Virus record (IMG/VR): IMGVR_UViG_3300048577_000544
Coordinates: 472-64,471 of that record
DNA length: 64,000 nucleotides
Direction: 5' to 3' (one strand)
From: a virus
In this document: positions 35,330 through 43,529 of the stretch, one piece after another
How positions within the stretch are numbered: the stretch's first letter is position 1
Layout of the letters: each line of letters begins with the position of its first letter
Notes under the pieces: generated by a model
The model's database searches: none
Seen by the model: the letters and a program-made list of their open reading frames with translations, nothing else
Told to the model about the DNA's origin: nothing
Made by a program: the position numbers and the translations under genes

Positions 35330-36817
35330 TTATACGGCCAACGGCTCCGCGACACCGCGCACCCCGAAATTCGCAGCGAGCGCCAGCGGACCGTAATACA
35401 CAAGCAGCGCGCGCGAACCGCAAATCGCCCCATTCGACCAAGGCCCACCAACGAGCGCACGGTTTGGTTCCATATACATCTGTCCAGCGACACCTGAATC
35501 ATTACCGTCGAAGCCATTTTTCCAGGAGGACGTGCCGGACGAAGCCATATCCAGAGCCCACCACCACATGCCGCCAGCCATCATTTCACAGCCGTTGTTG
35601 GCAACCATGCGGCGTCCGGACGTGTCCACGAATGCGCCGGCCATATTAGGATCGGCCGAGGTGGAGATATTGGTTCCCTGGTTGCTGCCGAGCGACAAAT
35701 ACTGGAACTCATGGTGCCAGGGCGGGCGCTTGCCGACTGCGGCAAGAAGCTGTGCCCCTTTGTTCCAGTGGAGCGCGGGACTGGATGTGCCGTCGACCAA
35801 GGTGCCGCCGAAGGTGGAAACCAGCTTTCCGCCGACGAAAGAATTGCCGAACACATCCGCCCAGAGGCGGATGCCTGCGTCGTAGGTCATCCCCTCGGGC
35901 GAGGCGCAATCGGGGAGGTGTTTTAGGTCCCAGATCGTACCAGGGATGATGTCGCCTGTGATGAAACCCGTCAGTGTATGGCCGCTTATCGCGCCGTAGG
36001 AAAGCGGCACGCAAAGGAAGCCGCCAATTTTTCGGGAGGTGCTGGCCGTGTAGCCGCTCGGGTATGTGCTGTTGGCCGAAAGGATGACTTTGAGCGCGCC
36101 GCCGTTATTGACGGCATAGCGGTAGATATCCATGCCCGCCCGGTTGGCCGGGTTGGTGTAATCCGGGGTCGTCGTGTCCCAGTTCGCGGCCACGTTCAGG
36201 TCCAGGGCCTGCTGGCCGGCCAGGTAGTAGCCGCTGTCGGCGATGTTTGCGGTGACGCGGTTCGGCGTCAGGTAGGTGCGCCGGTCGGCGGCCACGGAAC
36301 TGCCGGCCACGCTACCCAGGATGTCGCGGGCGTAATGGGCTGGCATGGCGGCCATGGCCTTCACGCTCATTTCAAACGAGATTCCGTTTGTTATGTCATT
36401 GCCGTTGAGTTTCTCCGTTTTGACGTCGGCAAGCGGCGTTTCGTCCTGGCCCAGTGCCAGGCCGCTTTTCGTGGGTATCAGGTCGCCGCCGAACCCCAAT
36501 GTGCCGGCGAACCATGCGGCGGCCTGGTTAACCGAAAACGACGTCCGTTCGAGTTGAAACAGCGTATCCCAGCTGCCGTCCGCATTTTGCATCAGGATGT
36601 CGATGGCGCCGCGTTTGTCGGCGACAATGAGATAGTTTTTGGCGTTCGATGCAACGCTTGTGCTTGTCAACGCAAGCGATACGCCGGCAGACTCCGGCCC
36701 GGTGACGCCCAGGCCGGCGGAAAAGGTCGCGTCCTCGGAGAATTTGGCGTAATCTGTGAGGTCGACGTCCCCGGTGCCGCCGCTGCCGCCGCCCGGCGGA
36801 TTATTAAGTGGTAGCAT
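35330..36817 (-). CDS. DGR target tail-fibre adhesin (Mtd-like, C-terminal C-type lectin fold)
   Basis: VR at the extreme C-terminus; PEGM..D..LWADVF and GG.W..W motifs; located at the end of the tail operon. Confidence 0.9.
   Translation of the reverse strand: MLPLNNPPGGGSGGTGDVDLTDYAKFSEDATFSAGLGVTGPESAGVSLALTSTSVASNAKNYLIVADKRGAIDILMQNADGSWDTLFQLERTSFSVNQAAAWFAGTLGFGGDLIPTKSGLALGQDETPLADVKTEKLNGNDITNGISFEMSVKAMAAMPAHYARDILGSVAGSSVAADRRTYLTPNRVTANIADSGYYLAGQQALDLNVAANWDTTTPDYTNPANRAGMDIYRYAVNNGGALKVILSANSTYPSGYTASTSRKIGGFLCVPLSYGAISGHTLTGFITGDIIPGTIWDLKHLPDCASPEGMTYDAGIRLWADVFGNSFVGGKLVSTFGGTLVDGTSSPALHWNKGAQLLAAVGKRPPWHHEFQYLSLGSNQGTNISTSADPNMAGAFVDTSGRRMVANNGCEMMAGGMWWWALDMASSGTSSWKNGFDGNDSGVAGQMYMEPNRALVGGPWSNGAICGSRALLVYYGPLALAANFGVRGVAEPLAV
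35346..35462 (-). repeat. DGR variable repeat (VR), 117 bp
   Basis: 104/117 identical to TR; 12 of 13 mismatches at TR adenines; encodes RALVGGPWSNGAICGSRALLVYYGPLALAANFGVRGVAE. Confidence 0.95.
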
Positions 36818-36829
36818 GCCTATCCCCTC

Positions 36830-37063
36830 CTACAGGATCGTTACAATTTTTGTCGCCTCGGCCGGCAGCTTCGCGGCCACGGCGTCGCCGATCACCAGCA
36901 CCCGGTCGCCGGCGGAGACGGACAGGCCGCAGAGGACTTGGCCGGTGCCGCCACCCGCCCAGGCGATGGTGGCCCAGCCGCCGGCAAGGGCCTGGACCGT
37001 GCCCGTGCGGCGCGAGGACGCCGGCGCGACCAGTTTGCGGAGAGCAACCAGCGGATTGCTCAT
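36830..37063 (-). CDS. Small tail-tip protein
   Basis: GTVQALAGGWATI...VSAGDRVLVIGDAV beta-barrel pattern; coupled. Confidence 0.6.
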   Translation of the reverse strand: MSNPLVALRKLVAPASSRRTGTVQALAGGWATIAWAGGGTGQVLCGLSVSAGDRVLVIGDAVAAKLPAEATKIVTIL

Positions 37064-37383
37064 AGCGGGCGCTCCACGGTGTATTCACGGGTTACGGTGG
37101 CTGCGCCGGCGTCGTCCACGGCCAGGGTCAGGGTGAAGGCCGTGGCTTTGCCGCGCCAGGTCTCGCCGGCCGTGGTGTCGTCGACCTCGAGCAGATCGCC
37201 GGGCAGGATGGCCAGCGTGTCCGGCGGCAGACACTTTAGCGTCGTTTCGGTCATGTCCTGGCCGCCCCCGTCCAGGTAGTTGCGGCCGGCCTGGGTGGCC
37301 GGGGCCTCGCTGCACGCCAGTTCGGCCGTCAATTCGTCGGGCGCGGGGATGTCGCCCGCGCCGCGCTGCACGGTCAGTCTCAT
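37060..37383 (-). CDS. Tail-tip protein
   Basis: VQRGAGD.PAPD...L....A.Q.GRNYLD; ILPGDLLEV.D. Confidence 0.6.
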   Translation of the reverse strand: MRLTVQRGAGDIPAPDELTAELACSEAPATQAGRNYLDGGGQDMTETTLKCLPPDTLAILPGDLLEVDDTTAGETWRGKATAFTLTLAVDDAGAATVTREYTVERPL

Positions 37384-39431
37384 GTGGTCGCCTCCGCCAG
37401 TTCAAGCAGCACCGGAAATGCGTCGGCCAAGGTCTCGGGGATCAAGCGCCAGACGTCGTAGCGCGTGGTGTACGTGACCACGGCCACGCCGAAACCGGCG
37501 CCACCGGACAACAGCACATTCGCCCCACCGCTTGGAACCATGGCCCCGAGGTCGTTGCCGTACCACGTGACCGAATCGACGGTGGACACAAGCTTGCCCA
37601 GGCTGGCCGTGTCGACGGCGTCGAAACAGACCGTCTCGGTAAGGCTTTCGGTTTCGTCCGTGGACACCAGCTCCAGCCGGCCGGAGGTGGCGCGCAGGGC
37701 ATAGGCGACGTCGTGGTACACCCGGAAATAGGCCGGCTCGCCCGGCGGGAACGTGGTGCGGCTGGCGTTGCGGTCGGCGTCCAGCTCAAACACCAAATAG
37801 GCGTCGGTGGTCGCCCGGTTGTCGACCACGGTGACGGCGTTGTAGCCGACCCCGGCCACAAACGATTCCGACAGCGTGGTCACGTCGACGTCGTCGGAGA
37901 ACGTGGCAACCGGCGTGGCCGTGGCGTATTCGGTGACGCCGACGGGATACTTGTAGATGACGCGCACGCCGCCGGCCGGCACGGGCTGGACCACCGCGCC
38001 ACAGGAGGCCGCGATCCTGGCCAGCACGGTGGCCGGGGTCTCGGCAGCGGCCGTCAGGCGACCGGCCGGGAGCGTCCAGTTGCACACCTCCCAGGACAGG
38101 GCCAACCCGCAAGCGGCGGCCAGCCCCTCGGCCGCGTCCCTGGCCGTGGTTTCGCCCCATGACTGGGTCAGGGCGGCGGCATAGGGCGCGTCGAGCCGGC
38201 ACGACAGCGTGCGGGCCGTGGCTGTCCAGCCGAACGATCCGGATTGCAGATCGCGGCTGCGAGACTCGAGGAGCAGCGCCAGGGTCAGGCCGCCCATGGC
38301 AAGCGTCAGCCGCCGGCCGGGCGTGCAGGACAGCCAGGCGTCTTCGTCGGGCACGGTCAAATCCACGGTCCAGGCAAAGGAATCGAGGTCGCCCGTGACG
38401 GTGGCGGCCTGCAGGTCCAGGACCGCGTCGTCGTCAACGAAAACGCAGGACACGGCAAACGACCGGAGTACGGCCTTGCCGTCGCGGATGGCATGGCGGG
38501 CGACGCAATCGCGGGACACCGGATTGTAGTCGAGGAAACGATGCCGGCCGAAGACGTCGCGGAAAACAATGACCGGAACGGCGTGGTGGGCCGTCATCTC
38601 GCGCGTCACCCAGCCGGGGATGGAATGACGGCCGACCATGTCGCGGATAATGCCCGGCGCGCGGTATGCGGCTGTTAAATCGCGGCCGACCGGGATGCGG
38701 TGGCGGCCAATGATGTCGCGAGTGATCAGGACAATCGGAAGCGCTGGGGCAGTGACGGTGATAAGTCCTGTAGGAACATCGGCCCGGCGGATGTTCGGGG
38801 CCGGGGACGACAGCGCGATGCCCCCCGCCGGAACATGGGCGCGACGGATCGTTGGAACCGGAGTGGAAACAGTGATGGTTCCGGCCGTGACCTTTGCCGA
38901 TGGCGCGGCAACTTCCCACTCGACATAAAGGCCAATACCGGAACCATTGCTCTCAAAGGTCTCTGCCCCTCGTTTTGCGCCGTATGTGCTTCCATTGTCT
39001 TTGATGACAGCCATGACGGCGTTTCCGGAATTCCACCCGGATCGGTCGATAACTTCTTGCAACGCGGTAGACAAGTCCGGCGATTGGTACGAGTTCCCAT
39101 AAACCCATGACTCTACTCCGGTCCATGCGACCGATCCAGAGAGCGAAAGATTGCCGAATTCTTCAATACTTTCCGGAGCCACTGCCGAGTCCGAAGCATT
39201 GAAATATACATTCACAACAACATTCGACGCCGTATATGTATCTTGAGGAACAAATACCAGATGACATGCCCGTATCGTCGACTCCTTCGATATCGACACA
39301 TTTGGAAATCGTACGAATTCTTTTGCCCTATTCCCAAAGTACATCTGTACTTCGGTCACAGCAAATGATGCACTATTCCAAATATACCCATCATCTGACG
39401 ATGCGGCAGGATAAAACGTCGCGGAAGGCAT
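37380..39431 (-). CDS. Tail hub/central tail protein with N-terminal AT-rich carbohydrate-binding-like domain
   Basis: N-term RFPNVSI..TI..C.L.F..SPDLSTALQEVIDRSGWNSGN; middle repeats; GC-rich hub-like C-term. Confidence 0.6.
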   Translation of the reverse strand: MPSATFYPAASSDDGYIWNSASFAVTEVQMYFGNRAKEFVRFPNVSISKESTIRACHLVFVPQDTYTASNVVVNVYFNASDSAVAPESIEEFGNLSLSGSVAWTGVESWVYGNSYQSPDLSTALQEVIDRSGWNSGNAVMAVIKDNGSTYGAKRGAETFESNGSGIGLYVEWEVAAPSAKVTAGTITVSTPVPTIRRAHVPAGGIALSSPAPNIRRADVPTGLITVTAPALPIVLITRDIIGRHRIPVGRDLTAAYRAPGIIRDMVGRHSIPGWVTREMTAHHAVPVIVFRDVFGRHRFLDYNPVSRDCVARHAIRDGKAVLRSFAVSCVFVDDDAVLDLQAATVTGDLDSFAWTVDLTVPDEDAWLSCTPGRRLTLAMGGLTLALLLESRSRDLQSGSFGWTATARTLSCRLDAPYAAALTQSWGETTARDAAEGLAAACGLALSWEVCNWTLPAGRLTAAAETPATVLARIAASCGAVVQPVPAGGVRVIYKYPVGVTEYATATPVATFSDDVDVTTLSESFVAGVGYNAVTVVDNRATTDAYLVFELDADRNASRTTFPPGEPAYFRVYHDVAYALRATSGRLELVSTDETESLTETVCFDAVDTASLGKLVSTVDSVTWYGNDLGAMVPSGGANVLLSGGAGFGVAVVTYTTRYDVWRLIPETLADAFPVLLELAEATT

Positions 39432-39434
39432 ACC

Positions 39435-39875
39435 CTATCCCACGGCCATCTTGACGATACCGTCCTTGTTCCAAACGACCGGGAACGTATTGCCATCGAA
39501 TTCGACATCCGCCGGGGTGCTGTCAAACAACAGCAAGGCAACCAGGGGTTTGGTTAGTCCGTTTCTGGTGACATCGGCGTAAAGAACGCCATATCGAACC
39601 GTTCCTATGACGCCACTGATATTGTAGTCGTCGGCATCGCATTTTGTCGTTCCGGCGGAACGCGACAACACTTGATTGCTTAAGGCAAAACCGCCACTCG
39701 TGTAGCCGGTGCCGGAAAACTCATAGGAAGAGACATCGCCCCAGACGGTATGTTCCGCATTCGGAGTATATGCGCTGGTCAACAGCGCCAAACGCAACTG
39801 GTCACCGTCCCAATCGAGCGTGCTGTCGGCCAAAATCTTCGCGATGTGATTGTAGAGCGTGCTGGTCGTATTCAT
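39435..39875 (-). CDS. Conserved tail-associated protein
   Basis: DWDGDQLRLALLTSAYTP..H..W.DVS..E.SGTGYTSGG..L. Confidence 0.65.
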   Translation of the reverse strand: MNTTSTLYNHIAKILADSTLDWDGDQLRLALLTSAYTPNAEHTVWGDVSSYEFSGTGYTSGGFALSNQVLSRSAGTTKCDADDYNISGVIGTVRYGVLYADVTRNGLTKPLVALLLFDSTPADVEFDGNTFPVVWNKDGIVKMAVG

Positions 39876-39884
39876 GGTCGTCTC

Positions 39885-40856
39885 CTAATTGCTGCCGCCG
39901 ATGACGCGCAGGCCAAACGTGTCGTCGCCGGCCGGAGCCGCGCCGGCCGGCAGGACGCCCTTGACCCAAAAGGCAACGGCGGCAGCCACGCTGGCGAACG
40001 TGACCACGTTGCCGGCCACCCAGATGCCGCCCCAGGTCCCGGACGCAATCTTGAAATACGGCTTGGAAAAATCGGCGTTGGCCGGCGCGAAATCGGCATT
40101 AATAGCGCCTGTCCCCAGGCTGCCGTGGACGTCGGAAACTGCGGAAAAGGCCGTGGCGCTGGTGAAGGTGATGGTTACGGTATGGTCGACGCCGCCGATG
40201 GCATCCGGCGTGATTTTGGTCGCATCCAGGGTGCCGGACGCGGATGTGACGGCCGGAGTCCCGATTGCGGCCTGGATGGTGCCAAGGGGCAGCACGCTGG
40301 CCACGGTCGCTCCCGCCGCAAAGTCACTGGACAGCATGTCGCCGGCAGCCAGGGTGATGGTGACCAGGCCGCCGCCGGGGTTCGAGACCGTGACGTTTTC
40401 ATGGTACTCGTAGTTCGTGCCGTCGGTGATGCAGATCTGGTCGCCGCTACGAAACACGACCATATCCATGTCCTCGACCGTCACGGACAACACCGTCGCG
40501 CCAGCGGTCAGGGCGGATTGCAGCACTCCAGCTCCATATTCGGTCGGCGATGCGGCCAGGGTCGCCTGGGTATCGGTAGTCGTGCCGGCGAAAAGCGTCA
40601 CCCGGTCATCGCCCGAGGAAACGCTCGTCAGATGCAGGCCAGCCTGGGTCAGGGCCAGATCGTCGTCGTTGGCCACGTGCAGGAAATACTTGCGGAGCCG
40701 CGAGCCGCCAGCCGTGACCTGGGCCAGGGTCCAGTCGGGCAGAAAATTCTGCCGTGCGCCGGAAACCACGGCGTTTTTGCTCATGCGGCCACCGTTGGTC
40801 GCGGTGTCGGTGCGGGAGGCGCTTTTACGGATAACGAGTTCGGAACTGATAATCAT
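39885..40856 (-). CDS. Tail-tip protein (transposable-siphophage-like)
   Basis: D...NGGRM....V.SG...N..P......G....RK.F N-terminus. Confidence 0.6.
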   Translation of the reverse strand: MIISSELVIRKSASRTDTATNGGRMSKNAVVSGARQNFLPDWTLAQVTAGGSRLRKYFLHVANDDDLALTQAGLHLTSVSSGDDRVTLFAGTTTDTQATLAASPTEYGAGVLQSALTAGATVLSVTVEDMDMVVFRSGDQICITDGTNYEYHENVTVSNPGGGLVTITLAAGDMLSSDFAAGATVASVLPLGTIQAAIGTPAVTSASGTLDATKITPDAIGGVDHTVTITFTSATAFSAVSDVHGSLGTGAINADFAPANADFSKPYFKIASGTWGGIWVAGNVVTFASVAAAVAFWVKGVLPAGAAPAGDDTFGLRVIGGSN

Positions 40857-41386
40857 ACAACAACCCCCGTGCGTGCGATCAGGATGTTTTCAATGGCAGC
40901 GCATTCGGCATCGGAAAGCGCCTTTGAAAATATAAGCTGCGCGGCGACGTCGAGATAGCCTTCCGCCGTCCATAATTCGCGCCATACTTGTAATCCAAAG
41001 GCCAACTTTGAATACCAGGCCCAAGAAGGAAAAGTGTTGACCGTGGCCGTTCCTCTTATTGTACCGTTTTTTCTGACAACAAGATTTCGCATGACATCCA
41101 TACGAATCGTTAAGACACTTAAGTTTGCGAATTCCTCGGCAATAAAAATATCATCAAAAAAATTCCTCTGATATTCTGTAGATGCTTGAACACAAAACTC
41201 CGTATGTATCCAATCATTTGACGCTTGCATCGCATTTTCAATGCGAAATCCCAACGGTCCACATCCAAACAAAGCAGACATGTAGCCACTTAATCGGAAC
41301 ACTAAAAATGCCGTCAATACTTCTCCCGATATTCCGACGGGTTCATAGTCTGTTAATTCGTACTGACTTTGATAATATATCGGCAT
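40853..41386 (-). CDS. LamG/ConA-like lectin domain, C-terminal part (AT-rich)
   Basis: TAFLVFRL ... LIFSKALSDAECAAIENIL; in frame with the upstream ORF across a single TAG. Confidence 0.6.
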   Translation of the reverse strand: MPIYYQSQYELTDYEPVGISGEVLTAFLVFRLSGYMSALFGCGPLGFRIENAMQASNDWIHTEFCVQASTEYQRNFFDDIFIAEEFANLSVLTIRMDVMRNLVVRKNGTIRGTATVNTFPSWAWYSKLAFGLQVWRELWTAEGYLDVAAQLIFSKALSDAECAAIENILIARTGVVV

Positions 41387-41389
41387 AAT

Positions 41390-42280
41390 CTATCCATATG
41401 TTATAATTATTGAAAACCTCATTAACCCATCTATGACGCTTGGATTGTACGATCCAGCTCCAATATAAAGAGTATTTCCAACGCCGCTTTCATCCGGCCA
41501 CGTGGTTAAATTTTGTCCTGCACTTCCAGAGAGATTGCAGGCCCGATACATAGCCACCAGCCCTCGAGAGGAATCGAACAGGTAATCCAGTTCCGTAGCA
41601 GTCCAACCACAGGCATCGGCATCCGGCTCGTCGCCGCCAGGGTCAGCCGTGCCCTCGTCGTATTCCGAAAGCGTCAGCGAAAATTCGGAAACAAGCGACC
41701 CGTACCGCATGAGAAAAAACCAATAGGCCGCGCCGTCGCGTTCGTCCTCGTCATCGGAGCACGTGCCCTCCGGCAGTCCCTCGGCCGGTTTCCGGGGCGC
41801 GATCCACTCCCATTCCCGGCACCAGGGCGAACGGGGGGCCGTGGCCGCCACGGTGCCGGTCAAAACAGGCCTGTCCAGACCGGCGGCCAGGGCGTTGCCG
41901 GACAGCCGGAAATAGCGCGTCACGTTCTCGCCCGGCAGGGCGATCAGGCTGACGGCGTTGCCGACGACATGGTACAACCGCCCTACGGCGACGACCGCAG
42001 CCAGCGACAACACGGGCCAGGTGAACGCCGAAAGCCCGCCGGAGCCGTCCAGGTCGAACAGCGCCATTTCAGTCTGGCCGTCGTAGCGGCCCAGTCGCCC
42101 CGCTCCCAGACGCGCCGCGCCCTGGTTGAGCGCATAGCCGTCCAGAGCCTCGCGCGACCGGCCCCACAGGTACATACGCACGGGTTCACCGGGATCGGCG
42201 GACTGCGCCGGCACATCCATTTTGACGCCGCCGTTGTCCTGGCCCGAGGCGGAATAAGGCACGAGGAGCGTCACACTCAT
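41390..42280 (-). CDS. Tail-tip protein paralogue B with start of a lectin domain
   Basis: Start MSVTLL; N-terminal ~215 aa similar to 42277-43146; ends with LTTWPDESGVGNTL.. (LamG start). Confidence 0.65.
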   Translation of the reverse strand: MSVTLLVPYSASGQDNGGVKMDVPAQSADPGEPVRMYLWGRSREALDGYALNQGAARLGAGRLGRYDGQTEMALFDLDGSGGLSAFTWPVLSLAAVVAVGRLYHVVGNAVSLIALPGENVTRYFRLSGNALAAGLDRPVLTGTVAATAPRSPWCREWEWIAPRKPAEGLPEGTCSDDEDERDGAAYWFFLMRYGSLVSEFSLTLSEYDEGTADPGGDEPDADACGWTATELDYLFDSSRGLVAMYRACNLSGSAGQNLTTWPDESGVGNTLYIGAGSYNPSVIDGLMRFSIIITYG

Positions 42281-43146
42281 GCGTAGCTCCCGATCTTGAC
42301 GCGCACCTCGCCGCCGGCGGCCGGAATGGTGATGCTGTCGTTGTCCGTATAGCTGTCGGCATCGGTGGCGGTGTAGCCGGACTTCGCCACCCGGACCGGA
42401 TAGGTGCCGGACAGAATGCGGTTGACGCGCACGTAGCCGTAGCGGTCGTTGGATTTGCCGATGTAGGTGCCATTGAGCCACACGTCGGCCCCAAGCACGG
42501 CCCCGGCCGTGCGGCGGTCGATGATGCGGATCTTGACGTCGGTGTAGGCGATGGACGTGTCTTCGGGGTCTTCGGACATGGCCAGACTGAACTTGTGTTG
42601 TAGCTCCCCGTCCTTGCGAATCCAAAACCACTGCGCCCCGGCCGGATCGCTCGGCGCGGTCCAGGACCATTCGAGGCAGTGCTCGCCGCGCGCCCCTACA
42701 GCATGCACCGTGCCGTAGAGCAGGGGCAGCCCGGCAGCGGGCACGAGGCTGGCATGGCCGCGCCGGGCGAACAGGTCGGTCACGTCCGCGCCGGCAGCGG
42801 CCAGGGTCGTGACGGCGTTGCTATTCGCGGCCACGCCGAAAAACGGCGAAAAGGCCAGGGCGCGGCTAAGCGCCGTAATGGGATAGCTGAACAGCTGGGG
42901 GCTGTTGTCGCCAGCGAAATCGAAATACTTGCAGGTTGTCTGGCCGGGCCAACGGTTGAGCCGGCCGCTGCCGAGCGACACGACGCCGGCCGTCAGGTGG
43001 TAGCCGGTCAGGAGCGTCGGATCGTTGGCCCAGGCGCGCAAGGTAATGACTTCGCCCGGGTCCACGTCCTGGTCCGGGATTTCCAGGAGCACGGACGGAC
43101 TCGACGCGTCCGGACCGACGTTTACGAGCATGGTTTGCGCGCTCAC
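42277..43146 (-). CDS. Tail-tip protein paralogue A with C-terminal Ig/PEGA-like domain
   Basis: GADVWLNGTYIGKSN..G.V.V..I.SGTYPVRVAKSGY. Confidence 0.65.
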   Translation of the reverse strand: MSAQTMLVNVGPDASSPSVLLEIPDQDVDPGEVITLRAWANDPTLLTGYHLTAGVVSLGSGRLNRWPGQTTCKYFDFAGDNSPQLFSYPITALSRALAFSPFFGVAANSNAVTTLAAAGADVTDLFARRGHASLVPAAGLPLLYGTVHAVGARGEHCLEWSWTAPSDPAGAQWFWIRKDGELQHKFSLAMSEDPEDTSIAYTDVKIRIIDRRTAGAVLGADVWLNGTYIGKSNDRYGYVRVNRILSGTYPVRVAKSGYTATDADSYTDNDSITIPAAGGEVRVKIGSYA

Positions 43147-43529
43147 GCCACGGTCTCCAGACGCAGCGCCGTCAGTTGGTACAGGTCGCCGGCCTCGGGG
43201 TCGGCCAGCCCCAGCAGGGAAACCACCTCGACGGATTTCTCTTCCTGGGTGCGAATACGAACCGAGAACGTCCGGCCGTCGTGGAGCGTCAACACCCCCC
43301 GCCAGCCGGGTGTGCCGGCCCAGGCAAAGAGCACGGCCACGTCGGCCCGCGTGAGCCAGGCGTTTTCGCCGCCAAGGTCGATGGGACGGCCGGCGGTCAG
43401 ATACGTCTCGGCCACGACAAGGCGGCCCGAGACGGTGCGCGAAGCGGCGGCGGCCACGGGCAAGGCATCGAATTCATTGGTCCAGATGCAGTCGTCGGGC
43501 AGGGTCAGGGTGTCGAGGGTGATGCTCAT
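43143..43529 (-). CDS. Distal-tail-like protein
   Basis: LPDDCIWTNEF...RT.SG.LVV......GRPI.L; follows the tape measure gene. Confidence 0.7.
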   Translation of the reverse strand: MSITLDTLTLPDDCIWTNEFDALPVAAAASRTVSGRLVVAETYLTAGRPIDLGGENAWLTRADVAVLFAWAGTPGWRGVLTLHDGRTFSVRIRTQEEKSVEVVSLLGLADPEAGDLYQLTALRLETVA

